64,000 bases of DNA from an uncultured virus (IMG/VR IMGVR_UViG_3300028392_000057) (taxonomy: Duplodnaviria; Heunggongvirae; Uroviricota; Caudoviricetes), in the IMG/VR virus record IMGVR_UViG_3300028392_000057, one strand, 5' to 3'. A program made the translations under genes and the position numbers. Shown here in pieces: positions 55,777-64,000 of the stretch (position 1 is its first letter; every line of letters starts with the position of its first letter). Below the pieces are notes generated by a model. The model was not told the origin of the DNA. It ran no database searches and saw nothing but the letters and a program-made list of their open reading frames with translations.

Positions 55777-57006
55777 CTATGACAAAATAAATGAACCGCT
55801 ACCAGCAGTAATGGTTGTTACTTTTTTAGTGCCAACTGTTACCGTGGACATTGTCAATCCAGATTGAGAAACAGTAAAGGTTGCTGGGCAAGAAATAACT
55901 ACAACGCCTGAACCACCTGCGCCACCTAAATACGCGGCGTTGCCTGATCCGCCGCCACCGCCACCTGTATTTGGAGAACCACCGGCGCCATTGCCAGTAG
56001 TTCCACCAGCACCGCCGCCACCTATTCCGCCTGCACCAGAAGCACTTGCAGAAGAATGTTGTCCGCCACCACCACCACCACCGTAGTAAGTGCCAGAAGA
56101 TGCGGGCCACTCATAACCTGCGCCACCATTACCAGAACCATTTGCATTCGCAGTACCAGCTTGACCTGCCGCACCAGCACCACCACCGCCACCGGGTCTA
56201 TACGGGCTTCTGCCCTGAGTTCCTGCGAGGTTGCCATATCCAATACCACCGCCACTAGGATTAGCTTGCGTTACAGACCCTACAGGAAATGGGGCTCCTG
56301 TTGAACCAGCAGAACCAGCAGAACCTCCGTTTGTCAAAGCATCATTGCCATCTTCAGAGTTATTACCGCCTTTACCACCACCTTTAGCAGTAGATGTTCC
56401 GCCCGCGTGTGTAAAGGTTGAATCATTACCAACCGCGTGAGTTGCGCCACCGGCGCCTACTGATACTGAATAACTTGTAGCAGTAAAGGTGAAATTATTG
56501 TAAATTACAAGCCCGCCAGCACCGCCTGCTCCAGCACCGTCATTATTACCCCCTCCACCACCGCCGGCTTGTACTAAGTACCAATCTGGCATAGAAGGAG
56601 CTATACTGTTAGAAGCCGCACTTGCTGGGCCTGTACCAATACTATTAGTAGCTGTTACTGTAAATGTATAAGTTGTTCCAGTTGTTAAACCAGTAACAGC
56701 AATAGTACCGGATCCGGCTTGACTTAATGTACCAGTGATTCCGCCTGGACTACTTGTTGCTGTATAACTTGTTATAGTTGAACCGCCATTACTTGCGGGA
56801 GCGGTAAATGCTACTGTTGCTGTTGTTGAGCTAGTAGCTGTTGCTGTACCTATTGTAGGTGCACCCGGTACGGTTATTGTTATTGGCCAGTTACCTGCTT
56901 GTTTAGCTTGCATTTGTTGACTAGCATTAAAAACACCAGAGGCTGATGTGGAATTGGCTACAGCTTGTGTAGCAGATATTATACCACCATAATATCTTTT
57001 AACCAT
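55777..57006 (-). CDS. Fibronectin type III plus glycine-rich domain virion protein
   Basis: VPGAPTIGTAT...GLTTGTTYTFTVTATN; GGGGGG tracts; GGSGVVVI. Confidence 0.8.
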   Translation of the reverse strand: MVKRYYGGIISATQAVANSTSASGVFNASQQMQAKQAGNWPITITVPGAPTIGTATATSSTTATVAFTAPASNGGSTITSYTATSSPGGITGTLSQAGSGTIAVTGLTTGTTYTFTVTATNSIGTGPASAASNSIAPSMPDWYLVQAGGGGGGNNDGAGAGGAGGLVIYNNFTFTATSYSVSVGAGGATHAVGNDSTFTHAGGTSTAKGGGKGGNNSEDGNDALTNGGSAGSAGSTGAPFPVGSVTQANPSGGGIGYGNLAGTQGRSPYRPGGGGGAGAAGQAGTANANGSGNGGAGYEWPASSGTYYGGGGGGGQHSSASASGAGGIGGGGAGGTTGNGAGGSPNTGGGGGGSGNAAYLGGAGGSGVVVISCPATFTVSQSGLTMSTVTVGTKKVTTITAGSGSFILS

Positions 57007-57007
57007 G

Positions 57008-57379
57008 TTAGCTTATATCCTCATAACTGCAAGTAACACACAATGTGTTAGCTGTCCCGGCTGTGGCTCCTAAACTACTGTTTTCTTCTAAGTAATACTG
57101 ACTTGTTTTATCAATAACGTTTAATGTACTATTTGCAGGGACACTTACATTACCTGTAATTTGAAACAATGTTCCACCAACGTTGGCTGCATTATAATAA
57201 CCAACTGTTACATTGGCTGTACTAGCTCCGTAGTTTGATACGTTTAATACGTTTACTTTTAAACATTTACCACTACCAACAGCATTGTTTAATACTGTGG
57301 TTGCCGCGGTTGTTGTTAGGTTTGCACCCGTTGTTTTACCATTGATTGTTGTTGCACTGATTATATTTGGTGCTGCCAT
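57008..57379 (-). CDS. Conserved phage virion-associated hypothetical protein
   Basis: MAAPNII...VPANSTL...YLEE...SYEDIS. Confidence 0.75.
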   Translation of the reverse strand: MAAPNIISATTINGKTTGANLTTTAATTVLNNAVGSGKCLKVNVLNVSNYGASTANVTVGYYNAANVGGTLFQITGNVSVPANSTLNVIDKTSQYYLEENSSLGATAGTANTLCVTCSYEDIS

Positions 57380-57380
57380 G

Positions 57381-60047
57381 TTATCCTCCGAATATTAATG
57401 AATAGCCTACTGCGGCGGCTGATGAGCCACCGGAGGTTAAGTTGATTGTTGTTACTTCTATCAAGCTGCCATTTGCAGGTGCGCTACTGAATGTTATGTT
57501 TGCGTTAGCTAGTGTATAACCCGTACGTAATACTGTTGCACCATTGTAGTTAACACTTGTTTGATTTATACCAATTGGAGTAGTGCTTAAAGTAAATATT
57601 GTTTGCACTCCATTACCAGTGAAGTTATCTACTGTTACGTTTGCTCCGCCTGGCATCGCTGCCCAACTTAGATTACCTGCACCATCTGTTGTAAGTGCAT
57701 AATTTGCTGTGCCACCTGTAATAACTACATTAGCGACTGCGCCTAAATTACTTTGTCCGGTTACTTTTAATGTACCATTGACGTTTGCACCAGTACCAGT
57801 TACTACTAATATGTTAGCGTTACCATTTACGCTAGTTGTTACATTGCCACCAGACGTTGCGATATTAACATTACTTGTGCCGTTGCTAATAGATGCGCCA
57901 CCACCACTTGATTGTGCTACCCAAGATAGAGTGCCAGATCCATTTGTGCTTAATACATATCCATTAGTGCCGCCTGTGATAGTTACATTACCTACGGCAC
58001 CTAGATTGCTTGTACCAGAAACTGATAATGATGTTAATGTACCTATACTTGTTATATTTGGCTGAGCACCTGTTGTAATTACTGCTGTTGTGTAGTTTGC
58101 CGTTATTAAATTACCACCATTGACATTACCAAACGAACCATTGCCTGTAGCAGATACGATACCACCTGTGATTATATTACCTGCATTTAAGTTTCCTGTA
58201 GCAGTAATCAATCCACCTGTACCAATGTTACCTATGTTGGCATTACCTGTTACACTTAAACTTGCTAATGTACCTGTGCTTGTTATATTTGGCTGTGCGG
58301 CTGTTGTTAATGTACCGGTAAAGAAGTTAGCAGAAACTAAATTAGCACCCGTGATGTTACCACCACCACCGCCGCTACTCGCAATTATATTACCAACAGT
58401 AGCATTACCAGAAACACTTAATGTTGTTAGTGTACCAACACTTGTGATATTTGGTTGAGCGTTAGTATACACAGTACCAGCTACTAATGCATTGCCCACT
58501 TGACCAGTAACATTACCACCTGTAATTGAACTTAATGTAGAGCCATTGCCTGATACGTTGGTGAATATACCAGATGTTGCACCAATGTTGCCTATGTTAG
58601 CATTACCGGATACACTTAATGTTGTTAGTGTACCAACTGCGGTGACTTGTGTTTGACTTGCGTTAGCACTGATAACAGTACCTGTAATTGCGATACCAGT
58701 ACCAGCAGTGTAAACTTGACTTGTACTAAACTGAGCAAATGTAATATTACTAGTACCAAATGTTATTGTACCAGTAGGTGCGCTAACTATAAAAGCAACA
58801 CCTTTATTAACAGTACCACCTTGAGTAAAGAAATAATCATTGATACTTAGTTGTGCTGTGCTATCTGGGCCATATTCGTCAGTGTCAGTAGAACGAATAA
58901 TAGCTGTTGTATTGGCGTAGGTGTAAACTCCGTTCCATGTAGCATTAGCTTCATCTTTAACTAAGATACGAGTGCCAACTGTTTGTACATTGGCACTGTC
59001 AATATTTAAATATGTACCAGTCGTGCTGATATAAGCACCTATACCATTGGCTGCACCATTTGGTGAAACATATGATGTTGTACCACTAGTAGCAATTGCT
59101 AATGTAGTTGTAGTTGCGACATTGACTGGTTGATGATACGCTATACCACTTGATATCATTGTATCAACATATGCTTTTGTAGCAACATCAGTAGTTAAAT
59201 TTGGATAACCAACGTTGTTTATCCAATATGTATTCATGTTGACATTAGCGCCAAATGATCCTGTGCCAGTAGCAACTAAGTTAGTTGTACCAATGTTACC
59301 TACATTGGCGTTACCAGAAACACTTATGCTAGTCAATGTACCAACACTTGTGATATTTGGTTGAGATTGAGTTGTTAATGTACCTGTAAAGAGATTTGCT
59401 GAAACTACATTAGCACCAGTAATATTACCGCCACCAGCACCAGATGTAATTAGATTGCCACCAATTGTAGCATTACCGGATACTGATAGACTAGTTAGTG
59501 TACCAATACTTGTAATATTTGGTTGTGCGTTAGTGTAGACTGTACCAGCTACTAAACTGTTAGATACTTGACCAGAAACATTGGCACCGGCTACACTATT
59601 TGCTGTTGTAGCATATGTTGCTAGATTAGCAGTACCATACAAGTTACCAGTGAAGTAATTAGCTACTGCGCTATTACCCAAATTACTATTACCTGATATA
59701 CTTAATGTCCCTGATACATTAGCCCCGGTACCAGTAATAGTCATTGTTGTATTACCAGCACTAGTGATAGTTACATTGCCATTTGCTGTTGCTATGTTAA
59801 CGTTACTATTACCATTACTGATACCTGATGAACTTACTGATATAAATGATAATCCACCTGAACCGTTTGTACTTAATACTTGACCACTAGAACCGCCGGT
59901 GATAGTTATATTGCCAACATTACCTAGATTTGCTGAAGTAGTAGCAGACAAGTTGGCAACAGAAATATTGGCAGAAACGTTCATACCGGTAACTGTGTAG
60001 TTACCAGATGTATCTATTCCTGATGGTTTAATTACTGTCAATGCCAT
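57381..60047 (-). CDS. Tail fibre-like repeat protein (888 aa)
   Basis: Same repeats and central domain as 50270-55639. Confidence 0.75.
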   Translation of the reverse strand: MALTVIKPSGIDTSGNYTVTGMNVSANISVANLSATTSANLGNVGNITITGGSSGQVLSTNGSGGLSFISVSSSGISNGNSNVNIATANGNVTITSAGNTTMTITGTGANVSGTLSISGNSNLGNSAVANYFTGNLYGTANLATYATTANSVAGANVSGQVSNSLVAGTVYTNAQPNITSIGTLTSLSVSGNATIGGNLITSGAGGGNITGANVVSANLFTGTLTTQSQPNITSVGTLTSISVSGNANVGNIGTTNLVATGTGSFGANVNMNTYWINNVGYPNLTTDVATKAYVDTMISSGIAYHQPVNVATTTTLAIATSGTTSYVSPNGAANGIGAYISTTGTYLNIDSANVQTVGTRILVKDEANATWNGVYTYANTTAIIRSTDTDEYGPDSTAQLSINDYFFTQGGTVNKGVAFIVSAPTGTITFGTSNITFAQFSTSQVYTAGTGIAITGTVISANASQTQVTAVGTLTTLSVSGNANIGNIGATSGIFTNVSGNGSTLSSITGGNVTGQVGNALVAGTVYTNAQPNITSVGTLTTLSVSGNATVGNIIASSGGGGGNITGANLVSANFFTGTLTTAAQPNITSTGTLASLSVTGNANIGNIGTGGLITATGNLNAGNIITGGIVSATGNGSFGNVNGGNLITANYTTAVITTGAQPNITSIGTLTSLSVSGTSNLGAVGNVTITGGTNGYVLSTNGSGTLSWVAQSSGGGASISNGTSNVNIATSGGNVTTSVNGNANILVVTGTGANVNGTLKVTGQSNLGAVANVVITGGTANYALTTDGAGNLSWAAMPGGANVTVDNFTGNGVQTIFTLSTTPIGINQTSVNYNGATVLRTGYTLANANITFSSAPANGSLIEVTTINLTSGGSSAAAVGYSLIFGG

Positions 60048-60080
60048 TATATCTTGTCCTTATTATGTATTTAGCTCATA

Positions 60081-60155
60081 TCAATATGTCGGGAATGCAC
60101 TTGTTGGTAATGTTTTAATAACAATTTTTTTGTCTAAAAATGTATAATGTACCAT
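60081..60155 (-). pseudogene. Collapsed two-gene remnant (24 aa)
   Basis: MVHYTFLDKKIVIKT-LPTSAFPTY; AAGGA RBS. Confidence 0.45.
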
Positions 60156-60164
60156 GTGTATTCC

Positions 60165-61991
60165 TTAGACAGTAATTGTTCCTGTACCAGCAGTAAATGT
60201 GTAAATTTTATTTCCACCTACAGTTGTTTTTGCATAAGTTAACCCTACTCCAATTGATGTAAAGTCTGGATAATTAGATGGGTACGCAATAATTACTATT
60301 CCAGAACCTCCTGCTCCACCTGCTTTTTGTTGCTGAATATTACCTATATGGCCACCACCACCACCACCGCCACCGGTGTTAGTAGTACCCGGTGCACCCA
60401 CAGCATCGGCATAACCACCGTTACCACCACCACCTGTACCGCCGGTACCTGCTGATAATCCAGCCGGGTGTGAGCCACCGCCACCACCACCTGCATAAGT
60501 TACAGAAGTACCGGAGATAGATGATGCTGTACCGTTACCACCATTGCCAGCTGCTCTGGTACTATTATTTGCATCTGCACCTACTGCACTAGCACCACCT
60601 CCGCCTGCGCCACCTTTGTCATAGTTATTGCCACCTAAACCACCATTATTACCTTGTGATGGTGAGGTGCTTGGAGTATTTCCAGATCCACCGGGGCCGT
60701 TGTTTGTTCCGCCACCGCCACCCGAACCACCACTTCCTGCTGTAGGAGGGGGGTAGTTTTCACTAGTTCCAAATCCACCGCCGGCTGCTGTAATTGTGCT
60801 GAAAACAGAACTTGTTCCACTAACACCAGGACCGCCGGTTCCAGTTCCTCCTGAACCGCCCTGAGCACCGGGAGGGCCGCCGGCGCCGCCTGTACCTACT
60901 GTTACAGTAAATGAGCCGCTAACTGCAAAAGAGGAGCCCGTTCTAAAGCCGCCGGCGCCACCGCCACCGCCAATTCCGCCACCGCCACCTCCGCCGCCAC
61001 CAACCACTAGATAATTTACAGTAGGTGTGACAGAATTTTGCACAACCCAATTAATCACTTGACTACTTGTTTTGCCACTGCTATTGGCTGTGGCAGTAAG
61101 TAAACTTGATGAATTAGCGGACACAGTTGGTGTCCCGCTAATATTGGCACCGGTGATACTAAGACCAGTCGGAAGAGTATTTGCTGTATATACTATACCA
61201 AATCCTGCAGCACTAGTTGCAACCATTGTTACATTGCTCATTGCCACATTTAATGATAAGGTGCTAGTTGAGTTAGGTGCAGGTGAACTCCATGTAACTA
61301 CGTCTGGCGTAATAGTTAAACTAAAACTACGATTGGTATCTTGTAATTGGGCATCAGTTGCTCTAACCGTAAATGTATATGTGGTGGGACTTGCTAATGC
61401 CTGACTTATACCAGTTATTGTTCCGTTACTGTTAAATGTTGCTCCTGGTGGTAATGAACCACTAAAAACACTATAAGTAATAGGTGCATCACCTGTTGCT
61501 GTAACTGTTTGATTGAAACTAGCAGTTTCATATACATTACCTAAAGTGCCGGCTGCGGTTGTCCAATTTGGTGTTCCACTGTATTGAATGCCTGGAATAG
61601 AAATTGCTGTGCTACCATCTGGATTTATAACATATATAACATAGCTACCAGTACTATTTGCTGGACTAGTAAATGTAATACTAGTTGAACTTACTACAGA
61701 TACTACTCCCACTGCACTACCATTAATTAATACACTTGCCCCGGCGACAAATCCAGAACCAGTTAATGTAATTGTTTGTCCACCTGCGGTATCGGCGGCT
61801 GTGTCGTCACCCGGATAAGCAATACTACTTACACGTGGTGCAACAATTGTACTACCAGTCACACTAACATTACCTAAAACTAAGGCATTTTGGACATACA
61901 TACTATTGAACTGGCTATTTGCATTGCCCATATCTGTATTTGCTGGTGGGTTAAAAATATTTTGATTTTTTAACTGATAATAATCTGCCAT
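60165..61991 (-). CDS. IPT/TIG, Ig-like and glycine-rich domain virion protein
   Basis: GGQTITLTGSGF, GSLPPG, LPTGLSI, YLVVGGGGGGG...GGSGIVIIAYP. Confidence 0.8.
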   Translation of the reverse strand: MADYYQLKNQNIFNPPANTDMGNANSQFNSMYVQNALVLGNVSVTGSTIVAPRVSSIAYPGDDTAADTAGGQTITLTGSGFVAGASVLINGSAVGVVSVVSSTSITFTSPANSTGSYVIYVINPDGSTAISIPGIQYSGTPNWTTAAGTLGNVYETASFNQTVTATGDAPITYSVFSGSLPPGATFNSNGTITGISQALASPTTYTFTVRATDAQLQDTNRSFSLTITPDVVTWSSPAPNSTSTLSLNVAMSNVTMVATSAAGFGIVYTANTLPTGLSITGANISGTPTVSANSSSLLTATANSSGKTSSQVINWVVQNSVTPTVNYLVVGGGGGGGGGIGGGGGAGGFRTGSSFAVSGSFTVTVGTGGAGGPPGAQGGSGGTGTGGPGVSGTSSVFSTITAAGGGFGTSENYPPPTAGSGGSGGGGGTNNGPGGSGNTPSTSPSQGNNGGLGGNNYDKGGAGGGGASAVGADANNSTRAAGNGGNGTASSISGTSVTYAGGGGGGSHPAGLSAGTGGTGGGGNGGYADAVGAPGTTNTGGGGGGGGHIGNIQQQKAGGAGGSGIVIIAYPSNYPDFTSIGVGLTYAKTTVGGNKIYTFTAGTGTITV

Positions 61992-62001
61992 TTTCTATAC
62001 C

Positions 62002-63027
62002 TTATACGTTTGTTAATACCCAGCCCTGAGAAGCATTATAATATACCAATGTAAATGCTGAACGGGCTGTGGTGACTGTCATATTTGAGGCTGCTCCTTG
62101 AATATTTGCACCATTTCTACTAACTGTAATAGCATGTACACTGGCATTACCAGTACCATCAATGATACCAACTTCAGTTCCTAATGTAGGACTGCTTGGA
62201 AGTGTAATAGTTATGTTAGCACTGTTAGTGTTAACGATGTATTTTGTGTTTGCGACTGCTGTAGTATTTCCAGTAGCTTCTACATAAGTGTAACCTGATG
62301 CACTTGCAACTCCACCAAGATTAAATGTCATTACCTCAATAGCGGCACCACTAGCCGGCGCACTACTTAATGTAACGTTTGCATTTGCAACTGAATATGC
62401 TGAATGTAATTGACTTACACCATCAATATTGATAATAGTATAATCTTCTGATGTAGGTGCATTGGTTAATGTAAAGACTGTTTGTACACCATTACCAGTG
62501 AATGAGTCAAGTACTATATTAGATCCGGATGATGATGCTACCCAACTTAGTCCACCTGAACCATTAGTACTTAACAGATATCCATTAGTACCGCCAGTGA
62601 TTGTTACGTTACCTACATTACCTAAATTAGTTGTACCAGAAACACTTAGTGTACCTGCAATGTTTGCACCTGTGCCAGTGACGGTCATTATGTTGGCATT
62701 ACCGGCTGTACTGATTGTTACATTACCACCGGATGTTGCAATACTAACATTACTTGTACCATTACTGATAGATGAGCCACCACCAGCTGATTGTGCTACC
62801 CAAGATAGATTTGAAGAACCATCTGTGCTTAGTACGTAACCATTAGTACCGCCGGATATTTTAACATTACCGGGTGCACCTAAGTTACTTACACCTGTGA
62901 CAGACAAGTTGGCCGTTATTGATACGTTTGATCCAGCAATATTGCCAGATGAAGCATCGAGTGTAATAGGACCGGTTGTAATGCCGTTCTTTACTACAAA
63001 GTTCTTTGTATAACCAGTTGTCGCCAC
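62002..63027 (-). CDS. Fibre/baseplate-related protein (GTG start)
   Basis: KNFVVKNG start, FTGNGVQTVFTL, ITLPSSPTLG...LVYYNASQGW. Confidence 0.7.
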   Translation of the reverse strand: MATTGYTKNFVVKNGITTGPITLDASSGNIAGSNVSITANLSVTGVSNLGAPGNVKISGGTNGYVLSTDGSSNLSWVAQSAGGGSSISNGTSNVSIATSGGNVTISTAGNANIMTVTGTGANIAGTLSVSGTTNLGNVGNVTITGGTNGYLLSTNGSGGLSWVASSSGSNIVLDSFTGNGVQTVFTLTNAPTSEDYTIINIDGVSQLHSAYSVANANVTLSSAPASGAAIEVMTFNLGGVASASGYTYVEATGNTTAVANTKYIVNTNSANITITLPSSPTLGTEVGIIDGTGNASVHAITVSRNGANIQGAASNMTVTTARSAFTLVYYNASQGWVLTNV

Positions 63028-63077
63028 AGTTCCATATTCCCTGTTGTATTAAATTGTAAGATGCAAATTAATGCATA

Positions 63078-64000
63078 TTATGTTAGTAGGTAAGTTGTTA
63101 TTAAGTTAACTGTTGCGGTTCCACCTGAACTAGTTGCATATAATGACACGTTTCCTGACACACCATTAATATTACTGCTAATATCAACAATGTCTGCTAC
63201 TGCGTTAGAACAAACTGATCCATAAATTGTTATGTAACTGTTTGTTCCATCTTGTACTAATAGTGCTTCAATTGACTGATATCCATTTGCACTTGAAGCA
63301 CTGATGATATATTTAGCAGTTCTATAAGTTGTTGTTGCAAATTGGTCAATAACAGTATTTGTTGTTGCTGATACATTTGACCTATTACTCTGTAGTCCAC
63401 CATTCAATAGAACGTTACCAGTTGTAACATTACCTGTTACAACCAAACTTGTTAGTGTACCAGTACTTGTGATATTAGGTTGTGCACCTGTAGTTAATGT
63501 ACCAGTAAAGTAGTTAGCAGAAACTAAGTTAGCACCTGTGATGTTACCACCACCTGCACCACTTGAAATTAAATTACCAACAGTAGCATTACCTGATACA
63601 CTCAATGTACCTGTGATGTTTGCACCAGTACCAGTAACAGTCATTGTTGTATTACCTGCAGAAGCAATAGTTACATTACCATTTGCAGTAGCGATATTGA
63701 CATTACTATTTCCGTTGCTGATACCTGATGAACTGATTGAAATAAATGACAATCCACCTGAACCATTTGTACTTAGTACTTGACCACTAGTACCACCAGT
63801 GATTGTTACATTACCTACAGCACCTAAATTACTTGTGCCAGATACACTTAAACTTGTTAATGTACCAGTACTTGTGATATTAGGTTGTGCACCTGTTGTT
63901 AATGTACCAGTGAAGTAGTTGGCAGAAACTAAGTTAGCACCTGTGATGTTACCACCACCGCCACCACTTGCAACTATGTTACCAACTGTAGCATTACCTG
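63078..64000 (-). CDS. Tail fibre-like repeat protein (partial; start outside the window)
   Basis: Same repeats continue to the window edge; C-terminal YRTAKYIISA domain. Confidence 0.7.
   Translation of the reverse strand, partial: GNATVGNIVASGGGGGNITGANLVSANYFTGTLTTGAQPNITSTGTLTSLSVSGTSNLGAVGNVTITGGTSGQVLSTNGSGGLSFISISSSGISNGNSNVNIATANGNVTIASAGNTTMTVTGTGANITGTLSVSGNATVGNLISSGAGGGNITGANLVSANYFTGTLTTGAQPNITSTGTLTSLVVTGNVTTGNVLLNGGLQSNRSNVSATTNTVIDQFATTTYRTAKYIISASSANGYQSIEALLVQDGTNSYITIYGSVCSNAVADIVDISSNINGVSGNVSLYATSSGGTATVNLITTYLLT

Noticed and set aside
44848..63783. Many plus-strand ORFs rich in L/P/V/A opposite the fibre genes
   Set aside because: Antisense shadows of repetitive GGT/AAT/ACA codon usage.
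1..64000. Genome-wide TAG reassignment
   Set aside because: Long genes are open in the standard code, and TAG ends ORFs at plausible termini (21257, 42378, 55777). The iscU TAG also comes with two extra codons.
44334..64000. Diversity-generating retroelement acting on fibre genes
   Set aside because: No reverse transcriptase in the window, and repeat differences are not adenine-specific as far as can be seen by eye.

Overview
AT-rich 64-kb segment of a large T4-like (jumbo-type) tailed phage genome, probably from a freshwater proteobacterial host (inferred from the RpoZ, IscU and glutaredoxin sequences and the sigma70 promoters). Layout: (1) 1-5.7 kb, plus-strand fibre/LamG/YadA-repeat virion genes and a papain-like protease; (2) 5.7-16.7 kb, small minus-strand early-type genes behind near-consensus sigma70 promoters; (3) 16.8-27.0 kb, a minus-strand array of 26 tRNA genes (19 amino acids, no Phe seen) interleaved with several structured ncRNA candidates, homing endonucleases, an RNA polymerase omega gene and HxD...H oxygenase-like genes; (4) 27-34.7 kb, a modification-enzyme cluster, rubredoxin/rubrerythrin and a stop-interrupted iscU; (5) 34.7-44.3 kb, PAAR, glutaredoxin, nrdB and an nrdA split by a GIY-YIG endonuclease; (6) 44.3-64 kb, repeat-rich tail-fibre and glycine-rich genes. 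The most striking unannotated feature heads the tRNA array. A promoter drives a 45-codon leader ORF that uses all 20 amino acids and 36 different codons, and its last codons can form an antiterminator against a strong intrinsic terminator. This is a candidate attenuator that senses the whole tRNA pool. All calls were made by eye without database searches.
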